DNA of 64,000 bases, taken from Candidatus Omnitrophota bacterium (GTDB lineage: Bacteria; Omnitrophota; Gorgyraeia; Duberdicusellales; 4484-171). Of the stretch, positions 43,383 to 52,508 are shown piece after piece (the stretch's first letter is position 1; every line of letters starts with the position of its first letter). The DNA is taken from contig CP070684.1 of assembly GCA_020352775.1 (NCBI GenBank), forward strand, positions 370,631 through 434,630, given 5' to 3'. A program made the position numbers and the translations under genes. Under the pieces are notes generated by a model. That model did no database searches and was not told the origin of the DNA. It saw only the letters and a program-made list of their open reading frames with translations.

Positions 43383-44789
43383 ATGAAAAAAATACATTCT
43401 TTACTGCAAAGCTTCCAGGCTCGAATCACTATAGTATTGATTCTGGCGATGCTTTTTATGGGGGCATTGAGTAATTTTCTCATCTATAGATTTACCCTTG
43501 GCTCCCAGCTTGAGAGCCTGCGGACCCAGCTTAAAATGGTGGCCCAGACTGCAGCATTAACGATTGATCCAGGGTTGCTTTCACGCGTCCCTTTAAAAAA
43601 AGAAGGAATAAACAGCCCGCAATTTAAGACTATCGCAGCTATTATGGCAAAAATCCAGGAGCTCAATCCCACTATTGAGGATATATACACCATGAGTAAA
43701 ACTTCAAAACCAGGCATCTGGAAGTTTGTGGTTGACCCCAATTACCCTAGCGATGATGAAATTGCCCAAGGAAGCCCTAGCGCTTATCCCGGAGACGAGT
43801 ATGATGCCTCACGTTTCTCAGAAATGCTAAAAGCCTTCCAGGGGCCTGCTGCAGATACTAAACTTGAGGTTGATGAATGGGGTACTACTTTATCCGGTTA
43901 TGCTCCAATTCGAAATAAAAAGGGGGAAGCTATTGCAATGATAGGGATTGATGTTGCTGCCGATAATGTACATAAAATGCAACAAGGGGTGCACAGCCGC
44001 GCACTATTAGTATTTATTTTGGGAATCGTTGTTTCTTTAGGTTTAGGCGTACTTCTTTCAAAAGGAATTGCCACTCCCCTGAACAAACTAGTAGAAGGTA
44101 CCCGCCATATTGCCAAGGGCGATTTACAATATCAGGTAAAACTAGGTGGTTCAAGGGAGATAAAAGAGCTAGCGGAGTCTTTTAATTTCATGGCGCAGGC
44201 TTTATCGGAGGCAAAGAAAAAGCTCCATAGCTATTTTTACCGCGTGGTACAGTCATTGGTACAAATCCTGGAGGCAAAAGACCCTTATACGCGGGGGCAT
44301 TCGGAAAGAGTCGCCGCCTACACAGAGAAAATCGCAAGCCGCATGGGTATTCCTAAGGAAAAGGTCGATCTTCTTAAAGAGTCAGCAGTGCTACACGATA
44401 TTGGTAAATTAGGAATCGGAGAAGAGATTCTTAACAAAAAAGAAAGACTGACAGATGCGGAGTGGGATCTGTTGCGAAAACATCCTGAACTGGGAGTAAA
44501 ATTATTAAGACCAGTGCTTTTATCGCAAGATATGGAAGCAGCAATTAAAGGACATCATGAGCGTTATGATGGCAAAGGTTACCCGGATCATTTAGACGGC
44601 AAACACATTCATTTATTTGCTCAAATTGTAGCCGTGGCAGATGCTTATGATGCCATGACTTCAAGCCGAGCCTACAGAAAAGCGCTTAGTAAAAAGGAAG
44701 CCATAGAAGAACTTAAGAAAAATAGCGGCGTTCAATTCGAGGCCCATGTAGTAGATGCTTTCCTTCGAATTCTAGAAGAAGAATCGTGA
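43383..44789 (+). CDS. HD-GYP phosphodiesterase with periplasmic sensor and HAMP domains
   Basis: TM helix, about 170-aa extracytoplasmic region, second TM helix, then HAMP. The HD-GYP domain carries HSERVA, LHDIGKLG and HHERYDGKGYP. Confidence 0.85.
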   Translation: MKKIHSLLQSFQARITIVLILAMLFMGALSNFLIYRFTLGSQLESLRTQLKMVAQTAALTIDPGLLSRVPLKKEGINSPQFKTIAAIMAKIQELNPTIEDIYTMSKTSKPGIWKFVVDPNYPSDDEIAQGSPSAYPGDEYDASRFSEMLKAFQGPAADTKLEVDEWGTTLSGYAPIRNKKGEAIAMIGIDVAADNVHKMQQGVHSRALLVFILGIVVSLGLGVLLSKGIATPLNKLVEGTRHIAKGDLQYQVKLGGSREIKELAESFNFMAQALSEAKKKLHSYFYRVVQSLVQILEAKDPYTRGHSERVAAYTEKIASRMGIPKEKVDLLKESAVLHDIGKLGIGEEILNKKERLTDAEWDLLRKHPELGVKLLRPVLLSQDMEAAIKGHHERYDGKGYPDHLDGKHIHLFAQIVAVADAYDAMTSSRAYRKALSKKEAIEELKKNSGVQFEAHVVDAFLRILEEES

Positions 44790-45184
44790 ACAGAGTATTA
44801 AACAGGCGAAAAGTTGGTTTGGTAGTCACATCCTTGTTGGTTTTAAGCGTATCAGGATGCAGCTACGGCCGTCAGCTGGCTACCCTAAAGAGGCTAGGAG
44901 ATAACCAGAAAGAAATTGAGCGCTATGTGGCTGCACAGGAAAAAGGATTTTATAAATTGTCCGATGATTTAAAGAATGAGCGTCTCCAAATCGGTTTATC
45001 AAAAAAAGAAATTATATCTTTGTATGGGCATCCAGTGCTTTCTAGGAGGCTTGAGGATAACCCGCTCTTTAAAGAAGAGTTGCTTTATCGGCTTCCTACA
45101 GAATACTTTAGAACCAGCAGGATATATCTTTATTTTGATATAGAGGATAAATTGGTGAAGTGGAAATACGATCCCAGCCTATGA
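44786..45184 (+). CDS. Small lipoprotein, function unknown
   Basis: GTG start overlapping the upstream stop. The lipobox is LSVSG|C. Confidence 0.5.
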   Translation: MNRVLNRRKVGLVVTSLLVLSVSGCSYGRQLATLKRLGDNQKEIERYVAAQEKGFYKLSDDLKNERLQIGLSKKEIISLYGHPVLSRRLEDNPLFKEELLYRLPTEYFRTSRIYLYFDIEDKLVKWKYDPSL

Positions 45185-45206
45185 AGGTCTAGTCTAAGGA
45201 GAAAAG

Positions 45207-46265
45207 ATGGATATTCAAAATATCATGCAAAAAGTAATCGGGCAAAATCGAGTGTTAGATTATATTGTTTGTTTGGCTGTCTTTGTTGCGTGTGTTCTGA
45301 TATTAAAAATATTTAAGCACATCATTTTAAAACGTCTTAAGAGATTTGCCGAGAAAACTGCAACTGCCATGGATGATTTTATTGTCAGTCTGCTCAGGCG
45401 TGTTTTTGTTCCGCTTATGTATCTTGGCGCCCTGTATTTAAGCCTTAATTTTTTAACCTTGCCTGTTTCATTTAAAAAAGTTATCGATGTGATAGTGATT
45501 GCGGTGGTTACTTTTTTTACTGCCCGCATGGCAACTTTGATTTTGGCTTTTACTTTTCAGAGTTACTGGATTAGAAGAGGTAAAGATTTTGCCTTAGAGC
45601 GCTCTTTGAGCGGGATATTAAAAGCTTCCAAATTCATTATCTGGGCAGGGGCAATTATCTTTTTCCTCGATAATATGGGATTTAAAATCTCAACAGTCAT
45701 TGCCGGATTAGGTATTGGTGGTGTCGCCATAGGTCTTGCAGCCCAGGCAGTTTTAAAAGACTTTTTTAGTTATTTTTCAATTATTTTTGATCGGCCTTTT
45801 GAGGTGGGTGATTTTATTATTGTGGGCGAATATCTGGGAACGGTAGAGTATATCGGGATAAAAACTACCCGTATCAGGAGTTTAAGCGGTGAACAGCTGG
45901 TTTTTTCAAATACCGACCTTACTGATTCGCGGGTGCGCAATTATAAGCGCATGGAGAGACGCCGGGTGCTGTTTCGCCTGGGGGTTGTTTATCAGACTTC
46001 ATTGAAGCAGTTAAAAGATATACCAAAAATCATTGAAACTTGCATTCAAAAAGTAAAGGATACGGTTTTTGACCGGGCACACTTTTTTTCTTATGGAGAT
46101 TTCAGTCTTACATTTGAGGTTGTATATTATGTTTTAGCTAGCGACTACAATAAATACATGGATATCCAGCAAGAAATTAACTTTTTAATCAAAGAGGAAT
46201 TTGAAAAGCAAGGGATTGAGTTTGCATATCCCACCCAGACTCTTTACGTCAATAAAGAGAAATAA
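45207..46265 (+). CDS. MscS-family mechanosensitive channel
   Basis: TM helices are followed by the GLGIGGVAIGLAAQ pore-helix pattern. A beta domain follows: FEVGDFIIVGEYLGTVEYIGIKTTRIRS. Confidence 0.85.
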   Translation: MDIQNIMQKVIGQNRVLDYIVCLAVFVACVLILKIFKHIILKRLKRFAEKTATAMDDFIVSLLRRVFVPLMYLGALYLSLNFLTLPVSFKKVIDVIVIAVVTFFTARMATLILAFTFQSYWIRRGKDFALERSLSGILKASKFIIWAGAIIFFLDNMGFKISTVIAGLGIGGVAIGLAAQAVLKDFFSYFSIIFDRPFEVGDFIIVGEYLGTVEYIGIKTTRIRSLSGEQLVFSNTDLTDSRVRNYKRMERRRVLFRLGVVYQTSLKQLKDIPKIIETCIQKVKDTVFDRAHFFSYGDFSLTFEVVYYVLASDYNKYMDIQQEINFLIKEEFEKQGIEFAYPTQTLYVNKEK

Positions 46266-46279
46266 GCTGGATAAGGAAC

Positions 46280-46308
46280 TTGACGAGACCAAAAGAATAT
46301 GTTAATAT
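46280..46308 (+). promoter_or_regulatory. Promoter of rplU placed for a leaderless or near-leaderless transcript
   Basis: TTGACG (46280-46285), 17-nt spacer, TAATAT (46303-46308). The rplU ATG begins 9 nt after the -10, and no SD is visible. Confidence 0.45.
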
Positions 46309-46316
46309 TCTGACCT

Positions 46317-46631
46317 ATGTGGGCAGTGGTTGAGATAGGAAAAAAACAATATTTAGTTAATAAGGGCGATCTCCTTGAGGTCGAAAGGCTAAAGGGGCAG
46401 AAGGGTAAGGTTCAGTTTGACAAAGTCCTTCTTTTAGCTGATAAAAAGAACATTAAAGTCGGCAGCCCTTATATAAAGGATGCCTTGGTAAAGGCCGAAA
46501 TCCAAGAAGAGAAGAAAGGCAAAAAAGTTACAATATATAAATATAAACGTAGAAAGAAGTATCGCAAAAAACAAGGACACCGACAAATATATACCCCTCT
46601 TAAGATTACCAGCATAACAACTACCTCCTAA
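46317..46631 (+). CDS. rplU: 50S ribosomal protein L21
   Basis: MWAVVEIGKKQYLVNKGDLLEVERL... is a typical L21 N-terminus, and KRRKKYRKKQGHRQ is also typical. Confidence 0.9.
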   Translation: MWAVVEIGKKQYLVNKGDLLEVERLKGQKGKVQFDKVLLLADKKNIKVGSPYIKDALVKAEIQEEKKGKKVTIYKYKRRKKYRKKQGHRQIYTPLKITSITTTS

Positions 46632-46644
46632 TTACCGTTTTACG

Positions 46645-47568
46645 GTGATCATTGACGAAGCAAAAATATTTGTAAAAGCAGGAAATGGCGGCCAGGGGGT
46701 TTTTTCTAGCTTACGCCTTTCCGCCAGAAAAACGATTGGCGCAGGGGGCGATGGCGGAAGGGGCGGTGATGTTATTATTCGCATCAGCCCTCATTATTAT
46801 GACTTAAGCAGGTTTAGCCAAAGAAAAAGATTTGTTGCCTCGGACGGTAAGAATGGTGGTCCAAATAACAAGAAAGGTAAGGACGCTGAGGAGTTAGTAA
46901 TTGATGTTCCCCAAGGCACGATCATAAAAGATGAACAAGCTAAATTCATTATTGATTTAAGCGAAGACAAAAAAGAGTTTTTGATTTGTCAGGGGGGAGA
47001 AGAAGGACGAGGTAACTATAAAAAAAGTACCACCATCCCTCCCAAAGAGGGAGAAGCTAAATATGTCATTTTAGATTACCGCATCCTTAATGATGTTGCG
47101 ATTGTGGGATTACCCAATACAGGCAAAACTTCCCTTTTCAACGCTCTTACCGGCAAAGATTTTAAAGTTGCTGATTACCCTTTTACCACTACCAGTTGTA
47201 TTTGGGCTGGAGTTGAACATGAATTTAGTTCCTTTATTCTTATGGATACCCCTCCTCTTAAGGAGGATATCAGAAAGTCAGATTCCCGGTTTCTTAAGCA
47301 TCTTTACCGTACTAAGATAATCCTTTTGTTAAGCGATAATAGCCTAAATTATAGCCAGGATTTTTCTCTATTAAAGGAGCAGATTGCTGTTTTTGATCCC
47401 AGCCTGGTAAGAAAAAAAATTTTTTACTTGCTCAATAAAATTGATACAATAGAGGGGAACTTTAAAGATAAAGAAATTATCCCTATTTCAGCAGAAAAGA
47501 ACATAGGGGTTACAGGGCTTAAGGAAAGAATAGTAAATTGTCTGGCTGAAATTAAAGGAAAGACATGA
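46645..47568 (+). CDS. obg: Obg-family GTPase (short, no C-terminal domain; atypical G3)
   Basis: GTG start. The Obg fold is IDEAKIFVKAGNGGQG...GGDGGRGGDVII. G1 is GLPNTGKTS, G2 is YPFTT, G4 is NKID, and G3 reads DTPP instead of DxxG. Confidence 0.85.
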   Translation: MIIDEAKIFVKAGNGGQGVFSSLRLSARKTIGAGGDGGRGGDVIIRISPHYYDLSRFSQRKRFVASDGKNGGPNNKKGKDAEELVIDVPQGTIIKDEQAKFIIDLSEDKKEFLICQGGEEGRGNYKKSTTIPPKEGEAKYVILDYRILNDVAIVGLPNTGKTSLFNALTGKDFKVADYPFTTTSCIWAGVEHEFSSFILMDTPPLKEDIRKSDSRFLKHLYRTKIILLLSDNSLNYSQDFSLLKEQIAVFDPSLVRKKIFYLLNKIDTIEGNFKDKEIIPISAEKNIGVTGLKERIVNCLAEIKGKT

Positions 47569-48605
47569 AAAAAATAGTAGTAAAAATCGGAAGTAGTGTA
47601 ATTGCTCCCAAGGGGAAAATTGATGCTAATCTTTTAGGAAGAATTGTGCGCGATGCCCTGAAGGTAGAAAAAAAAGGCTACCGGGTTGTGTTTGTTTCTT
47701 CTGGAGCAATTGCCTGCGGTCTTAACATGCTTAAGTTTAGGAGAAAACCGCATGATACACATTCGCTCATGGCCATAGCTTCTTTAGGCCAGATTGCGCT
47801 CATGGATACTTATGCTGAAAAGCTTAAGAAGCACAAGAGGCGCACTGCCCAGATTCTTCTTACCTGGGATGATTTTGATAACCGCAAGCGGTTTGTAAAT
47901 GCCCGCCAGACCATAGATAAGCTTCTTTCTATGGGAGTGGTTGCGGTTATCAACGAGAATGATGCGGTATCAAGCGAAGAAATACGTTTTGGTGATAATG
48001 ATCGGCTTTCAGCTTTAGTGGGAGATCTGATCGGAGCTCAAGAGTTAATTATGCTTTCTGATGTTGAGGGTCTTCTTGAAGGCAATAAGTTGGTGAAACA
48101 AGTGTCTTGTATTGACAATAAAGTATTTTCTCTTGCGCGCAAAGAAGATAAGATGTACACCGCAGGAGGAATGTTTACTAAGTTAGAGGCAGCTAAAATT
48201 GCGACTTCTTCGGGAATAAAGACTGTTATTGCTAGCGGAAGAGCTAAAGAAGTGATTTCTCGTATTGTAGCAGGAGAGGCACTAGGCACTTGTTTTTTGC
48301 CGGTTGAAGAAGTCGGGAAAGCACGCAAGCGCTGGATTGCTTTTAGTAAAAAGATTAAAGGGAAAATATATATAGATGAAGGAGCAAAAGAAGCCATTGT
48401 CAATAAGGGAAAAAGCTTGTTAAGCGTGGGAATAATAAAAATAGAGGGACAATTTGGCAAAGGGGACGGAGTACAGGTTTTAGATGAAGAAGCAAATATA
48501 TTAGGCTGCGGCATTACCCATTATTCCAGTGATGAATTAAGAGATTTAAAAGGAAAAAGATTTGAAAAAGAAATTATCCATCGGGATAATTTTGTAAAAG
48601 GTTAA
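47565..48605 (+). CDS. proB: Glutamate 5-kinase with PUA domain
   Basis: VVKIGSSVI, VSSGAIA and FGDNDRLSA are present, with a C-terminal PUA-like domain (GKIYIDEGAKEAI). The ATGA overlaps the obg stop. Confidence 0.9.
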   Translation: MKKIVVKIGSSVIAPKGKIDANLLGRIVRDALKVEKKGYRVVFVSSGAIACGLNMLKFRRKPHDTHSLMAIASLGQIALMDTYAEKLKKHKRRTAQILLTWDDFDNRKRFVNARQTIDKLLSMGVVAVINENDAVSSEEIRFGDNDRLSALVGDLIGAQELIMLSDVEGLLEGNKLVKQVSCIDNKVFSLARKEDKMYTAGGMFTKLEAAKIATSSGIKTVIASGRAKEVISRIVAGEALGTCFLPVEEVGKARKRWIAFSKKIKGKIYIDEGAKEAIVNKGKSLLSVGIIKIEGQFGKGDGVQVLDEEANILGCGITHYSSDELRDLKGKRFEKEIIHRDNFVKG

Positions 48606-48618
48606 AACAAAAGATGCC

Positions 48619-49869
48619 ATGAGTGCTTATGTAAAGAATTTAGTAAAACAAGCAAGAGCTGCCAGCTATCGCATGGTAGGCCTTAGTACCAGCCAGAAGA
48701 ATGCTGCCCTTAAGAATATGGCTAAGGCAATAATGGATAACAAAAAGGTTATCCTTAAAGAAAACGAAAAAGACCTTAATAATGCTATAAAGAATAAACT
48801 AAGAAAGAGTTTTGCTGAGCGCCTTAGCTTAAATGAAAAAAGATTAAAAGAGATGAGCCTTTCTTTGGGGGCGCTGGTAAAACTAGAAGATCCTGTAAAT
48901 AAAATCATCTCAAAATGGAGACAACCCAATGGATTGGCCCTTCAGAAAGTAAGGGTCCCGATTGGGGTGGTTCTTATTGTTTATGAAGCGCGCCCCAATG
49001 TTACCAGTGATTGTGTGGGGTTGTTATTTAAGACTTCAAATGTAGGGATTTTAAGGGGGGGTAGCGATGCTATCTATTCCAATAAAGCAATCGCCGCTAC
49101 TCTTAAGAAAGCAATAAATAAAAGCGGGATTAACTTTGATACCTTCTTTGTGGTGCAGAGAACAGACCGTAAAACCGTGGACGAACTGCTTAAGCAAGAT
49201 GAGTGCATTGATTTAGTTATTCCCCGTGGAGGAGAGGCATTAATACGAAAAGTGGTAGAGACTTCTCATATCCCGGTAATAAAACATTTCAAAGGGATAT
49301 GCCATATATTCGTGGATCACAGTGCTGACATCAAAAAGGCGTTAAAGGTGTGCGTTAATGCTAAGGTGCAAAGACCTTCGGTATGCAACGCAGTAGAGAC
49401 AATCCTTGTGCATAAAAATGTTGCTAATAAATTTTTACCGCTTCTTAAGAAAGAGTTCGATAGATATAAAGTACAGATTCGTGCTGACTCAAAAGCTGCT
49501 AACGTTTTAGGAGGAGTAAAAAGGGCTAAAAATAAAGATTGGATCACAGAATTTCTTGATTTGATAGTTGCGATAAAGGTTGTCAAAGATGTAGATGAGG
49601 CAATTGCGCATATTAATAGTTTTGGCTCGCATCACACTGAGAGTATCCTGACTAAGGATAAGAAAAATGCGCAAAAGTTTGTCAAAGAGGTGGATTCTGC
49701 TTGTTGTTTTATCAACATCTCCACCCGTTTCAGTGATGGTTATCAATTCGGTCTGGGGGCAGAAATTGGTATTTCTACGGATAAACTTCATGCCCGCGGC
49801 CCGATGGGGTTAAAGGAACTTACCACTTATAAGTGGATTGTGGAAGGCAACGGGCAGATAAGAACTTAA
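48619..49869 (+). CDS. proA: Gamma-glutamyl phosphate reductase
   Basis: 416 aa of aldehyde-dehydrogenase fold. Motifs VCNAVETILVH, HHTESI and GPMGLKELTTYKW are present. Confidence 0.9.
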   Translation: MSAYVKNLVKQARAASYRMVGLSTSQKNAALKNMAKAIMDNKKVILKENEKDLNNAIKNKLRKSFAERLSLNEKRLKEMSLSLGALVKLEDPVNKIISKWRQPNGLALQKVRVPIGVVLIVYEARPNVTSDCVGLLFKTSNVGILRGGSDAIYSNKAIAATLKKAINKSGINFDTFFVVQRTDRKTVDELLKQDECIDLVIPRGGEALIRKVVETSHIPVIKHFKGICHIFVDHSADIKKALKVCVNAKVQRPSVCNAVETILVHKNVANKFLPLLKKEFDRYKVQIRADSKAANVLGGVKRAKNKDWITEFLDLIVAIKVVKDVDEAIAHINSFGSHHTESILTKDKKNAQKFVKEVDSACCFINISTRFSDGYQFGLGAEIGISTDKLHARGPMGLKELTTYKWIVEGNGQIRT

Positions 49870-49877
49870 GGATTAAT

Positions 49878-50441
49878 ATGAAGATTGGAATTTTAGGTGG
49901 CACATTCAATCCTCCCCACATGGGGCATCTGGTTTTAGCTCAGGAAGTTCTTGATAAGCTAAAGCTGGATAAGATATTTTTTATCCCTACCAATATTCCT
50001 CCTCACAAAGAAAATGAGGGCATTGAGACTAAGCATCGTCTGGCAATGGTAAGTCTCTCTATGGAGGCAAATGATTCTTTTGAGTTAATCGATGTAGAAA
50101 TTAAACGCGGTGGCATCTCTTATACTATTGATACGCTACGTCAATTAATACAGCAATTTCCCCACGATGAATTTTATCTTATCGTGGGTTCGGATTTGGC
50201 CAATGATTTTTCTAGCTGGAAAGAGCAGCAGGAATTGAAGAAATTGGCCAAAATCGTGGTCGCCTGCCGCGATAAATACCCTTTAAAAAAACAAGATGAT
50301 TTTATTGTGTTGGATATCATCCAGATAAATATTTCTTCTTCTCAAATACGGGGTTTGGTAAAGAAAGGTCATTCCATTAGATATTTAGTTCCTGAGGCAG
50401 TAGCAAGCTATATAGAAGAACACCATCTATACAGGCAGTAA
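49878..50441 (+). CDS. nadD: Nicotinate-nucleotide adenylyltransferase
   Basis: MKIGILGGTFNPPHMGH gives the HxGH motif, and ISSSQIR is present. The track start 49833 overlaps proA and is unlikely. Confidence 0.9.
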   Translation: MKIGILGGTFNPPHMGHLVLAQEVLDKLKLDKIFFIPTNIPPHKENEGIETKHRLAMVSLSMEANDSFELIDVEIKRGGISYTIDTLRQLIQQFPHDEFYLIVGSDLANDFSSWKEQQELKKLAKIVVACRDKYPLKKQDDFIVLDIIQINISSSQIRGLVKKGHSIRYLVPEAVASYIEEHHLYRQ

Positions 50442-50457
50442 AAAAGGAGGATCGACA

Positions 50458-51849
50458 ATGATTAAGTTTGGCACAGACGGCTGGCGCGCAGTTATTGCAG
50501 AAGATTTTACTTTTGAGAATGTAAAGATTGTTGCTCAGGCAGTGGCTGATTATCTTAATAAAACAAAGAAAGGTCAAAACAAGGTAATTATTGGTTATGA
50601 TTGTAGGTTTCTATCTGGTGAGTTTGCCCAGGCAGCGGCTTTGGTCCTGGCGGCTAACAACATAAAAGCTGTTCTTTCTGATACCAATGTTCCCACTCCC
50701 ACGGTAAGTTTTCATTGCCGTTACCATAAATATGATTTGGGAATTATGATTACTGCTTCGCATAACCCCGCACAATTTAACGGGTTTAAAATAAAGACCA
50801 AAGAGGGTGGCTCAGCAGATAAAACAATTACCGATAAGGTCGAGAAGTTATTGCATAAAAGCAAGGTATGCTCAATGAATAAAGAGGAAGCGATTAAGAA
50901 AAAACGTCTTGAGATCAAAGATTTGACTTCTCCTCAAATACAGTTTCTAAAGAAGTTTGTGGATTTAAAAAGTATCAGGAAACTCAAATTAAGAGTTCTT
51001 ATTGATACGATGTATGGAGCAGGCGTAGGATTTATTGATAAAATATTGGGCGATGGAAACATAAAGATCGATTATATCCATAATGAATACAACCCTTCTT
51101 TTGCAGGTATACATCCAGAGCCAGTTGACACCTATTTGCAAGAACTGATTAATAAAGTGAAAAAAGGAAACTATGATTTAGGCCTAGCCTTGGATGGTGA
51201 TGCTGATCGGTTGGCAATGGTGGATAGTAAAGGAAATTTTATAAATGCCCAGGTGTTACTACCTTTACTTTCGATTCATATGGTTAAAAACCGAAAGGCA
51301 AAAGGAGGATTAGGTAAGACTGTGGTGGGAAGTAATGTGATTGACGATGTTGCTTTATCTTTGGGGATTGCTTGTTATGAGACAAAAGTCGGATTTAAGT
51401 ACCTTTCGAATTTATTCAAAGAGCATCTTATTTTTGTGGGGGGCGAAGAAGCCGGCGGAATCGGCTTTGAGGGCTATATTCCGGAGCGGGACGGTTCCCT
51501 GGCATTTCTTATGGTTTTGGAGATGATTGCCAAAGAAAAAAAGAGCTTTGATAAACTCCTTACCCAATTTTACAAAAGGTATGGCCGTTGGTTTTATGAT
51601 CGTACTGCGGTTTCAGTGCACAGCTTAAAGAGAGGATTGGATAGCCTTAAACTCCCTTCTCAGCTCTTTGGAAAAAAAATAGAAAGAGTAAATAAGATGG
51701 ATGGAATTAAGATGATTACAAAGGATTACTGGCTGATGTTGCGTGCCTCCGGGACCGAGCCGATTGTTAGGATTTATGCTGAGGCTAAAAGCAAAAGACA
51801 AGCACACCGGCTTATCGGCTTAGGCAAGAAGATGATTCATGGTTTATAG
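50458..51849 (+). CDS. Phosphoglucomutase/phosphomannomutase family protein
   Basis: FGTDGWRA, catalytic TASHNPAQFNGFK, the Mg site DGDADR, and GEEAGG are present. Confidence 0.85.
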   Translation: MIKFGTDGWRAVIAEDFTFENVKIVAQAVADYLNKTKKGQNKVIIGYDCRFLSGEFAQAAALVLAANNIKAVLSDTNVPTPTVSFHCRYHKYDLGIMITASHNPAQFNGFKIKTKEGGSADKTITDKVEKLLHKSKVCSMNKEEAIKKKRLEIKDLTSPQIQFLKKFVDLKSIRKLKLRVLIDTMYGAGVGFIDKILGDGNIKIDYIHNEYNPSFAGIHPEPVDTYLQELINKVKKGNYDLGLALDGDADRLAMVDSKGNFINAQVLLPLLSIHMVKNRKAKGGLGKTVVGSNVIDDVALSLGIACYETKVGFKYLSNLFKEHLIFVGGEEAGGIGFEGYIPERDGSLAFLMVLEMIAKEKKSFDKLLTQFYKRYGRWFYDRTAVSVHSLKRGLDSLKLPSQLFGKKIERVNKMDGIKMITKDYWLMLRASGTEPIVRIYAEAKSKRQAHRLIGLGKKMIHGL

Positions 51850-52411
51850 ATTAGTAAAGTTTTTAAGCTTTGTTGTTTGTAAGTTTCTTTTCAGGATAGA
51901 GATAGAAGGAAGAGATTGCTTTCCTTCAGAAAACACTCCATTTATTTTTGCTTCTAACCACATAAGCTATCTTGATCCAGTGGTTTTAGCGGTGGCCTCG
52001 CCTCATCACTTAAGGTGGGTTGCTAAAAAGGAGTTGTTTAGAAATAAGCTTTTTGCTCTTTTGATAAAATCACTGGGAGCATTTTCTATAGATCGGGAGG
52101 TAGCAGATATTGGGGCACTAAAGAGGTCATTAAGGATTTTAAAGAAAGAGCCCTTGGTAATTTTTCCCCAGGGTGGGATTGCCCAGAGTTATGATGCTTA
52201 TAAAGGCGGGGTTGGATTTCTTTATAAAAAGACCGGAGCTCCCATAGTTGTGGCAAAGATTTATGGGAGTGACCATGTTTTACCTAAAGAATTAAATCGT
52301 CTTCGATTAGGTAAAGTTAAAGTTATTCTTGCCCGCGTGACAGAGATTAGTAAAGATCAGGATTCTGAAGAAATTGCCACTAAAGTGGTGGATAAGATAA
52401 AAAGTCTTTAG
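51839..52411 (+). CDS. plsC: 1-acyl-sn-glycerol-3-phosphate acyltransferase
   Basis: NHISYLD gives the HX4D motif, with FPQGG. It overlaps the PGM gene by 11 nt. Confidence 0.8.
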   Translation: MVYRLVKFLSFVVCKFLFRIEIEGRDCFPSENTPFIFASNHISYLDPVVLAVASPHHLRWVAKKELFRNKLFALLIKSLGAFSIDREVADIGALKRSLRILKKEPLVIFPQGGIAQSYDAYKGGVGFLYKKTGAPIVVAKIYGSDHVLPKELNRLRLGKVKVILARVTEISKDQDSEEIATKVVDKIKSL

Positions 52412-52434
52412 GCCAGCCTCAAGAGACCTTTTTT
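52404..52434 (+). terminator. Possible intrinsic terminator after plsC
   Basis: GTCTTT (52404-52409) pairs with AAGAGAC (52421-52427, including one G-U). An 11-nt loop separates them, and C plus TTTTTT follows (52428-52434). Confidence 0.4.
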
Positions 52435-52445
52435 ATTTATTTCTG

Positions 52446-52474
52446 TTGACAAAAAAAGCGATTTAGGAGATAAT
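52446..52474 (+). promoter_or_regulatory. Promoter of rpsA
   Basis: TTGACA (52446-52451), 17-nt spacer, GATAAT (52469-52474). An AAGGAGGA SD follows before ATG 52509. Confidence 0.6.
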
Positions 52475-52508
52475 TTAACAAATTTTTTCTAAGGAGGATG
52501 TAAGAAAA

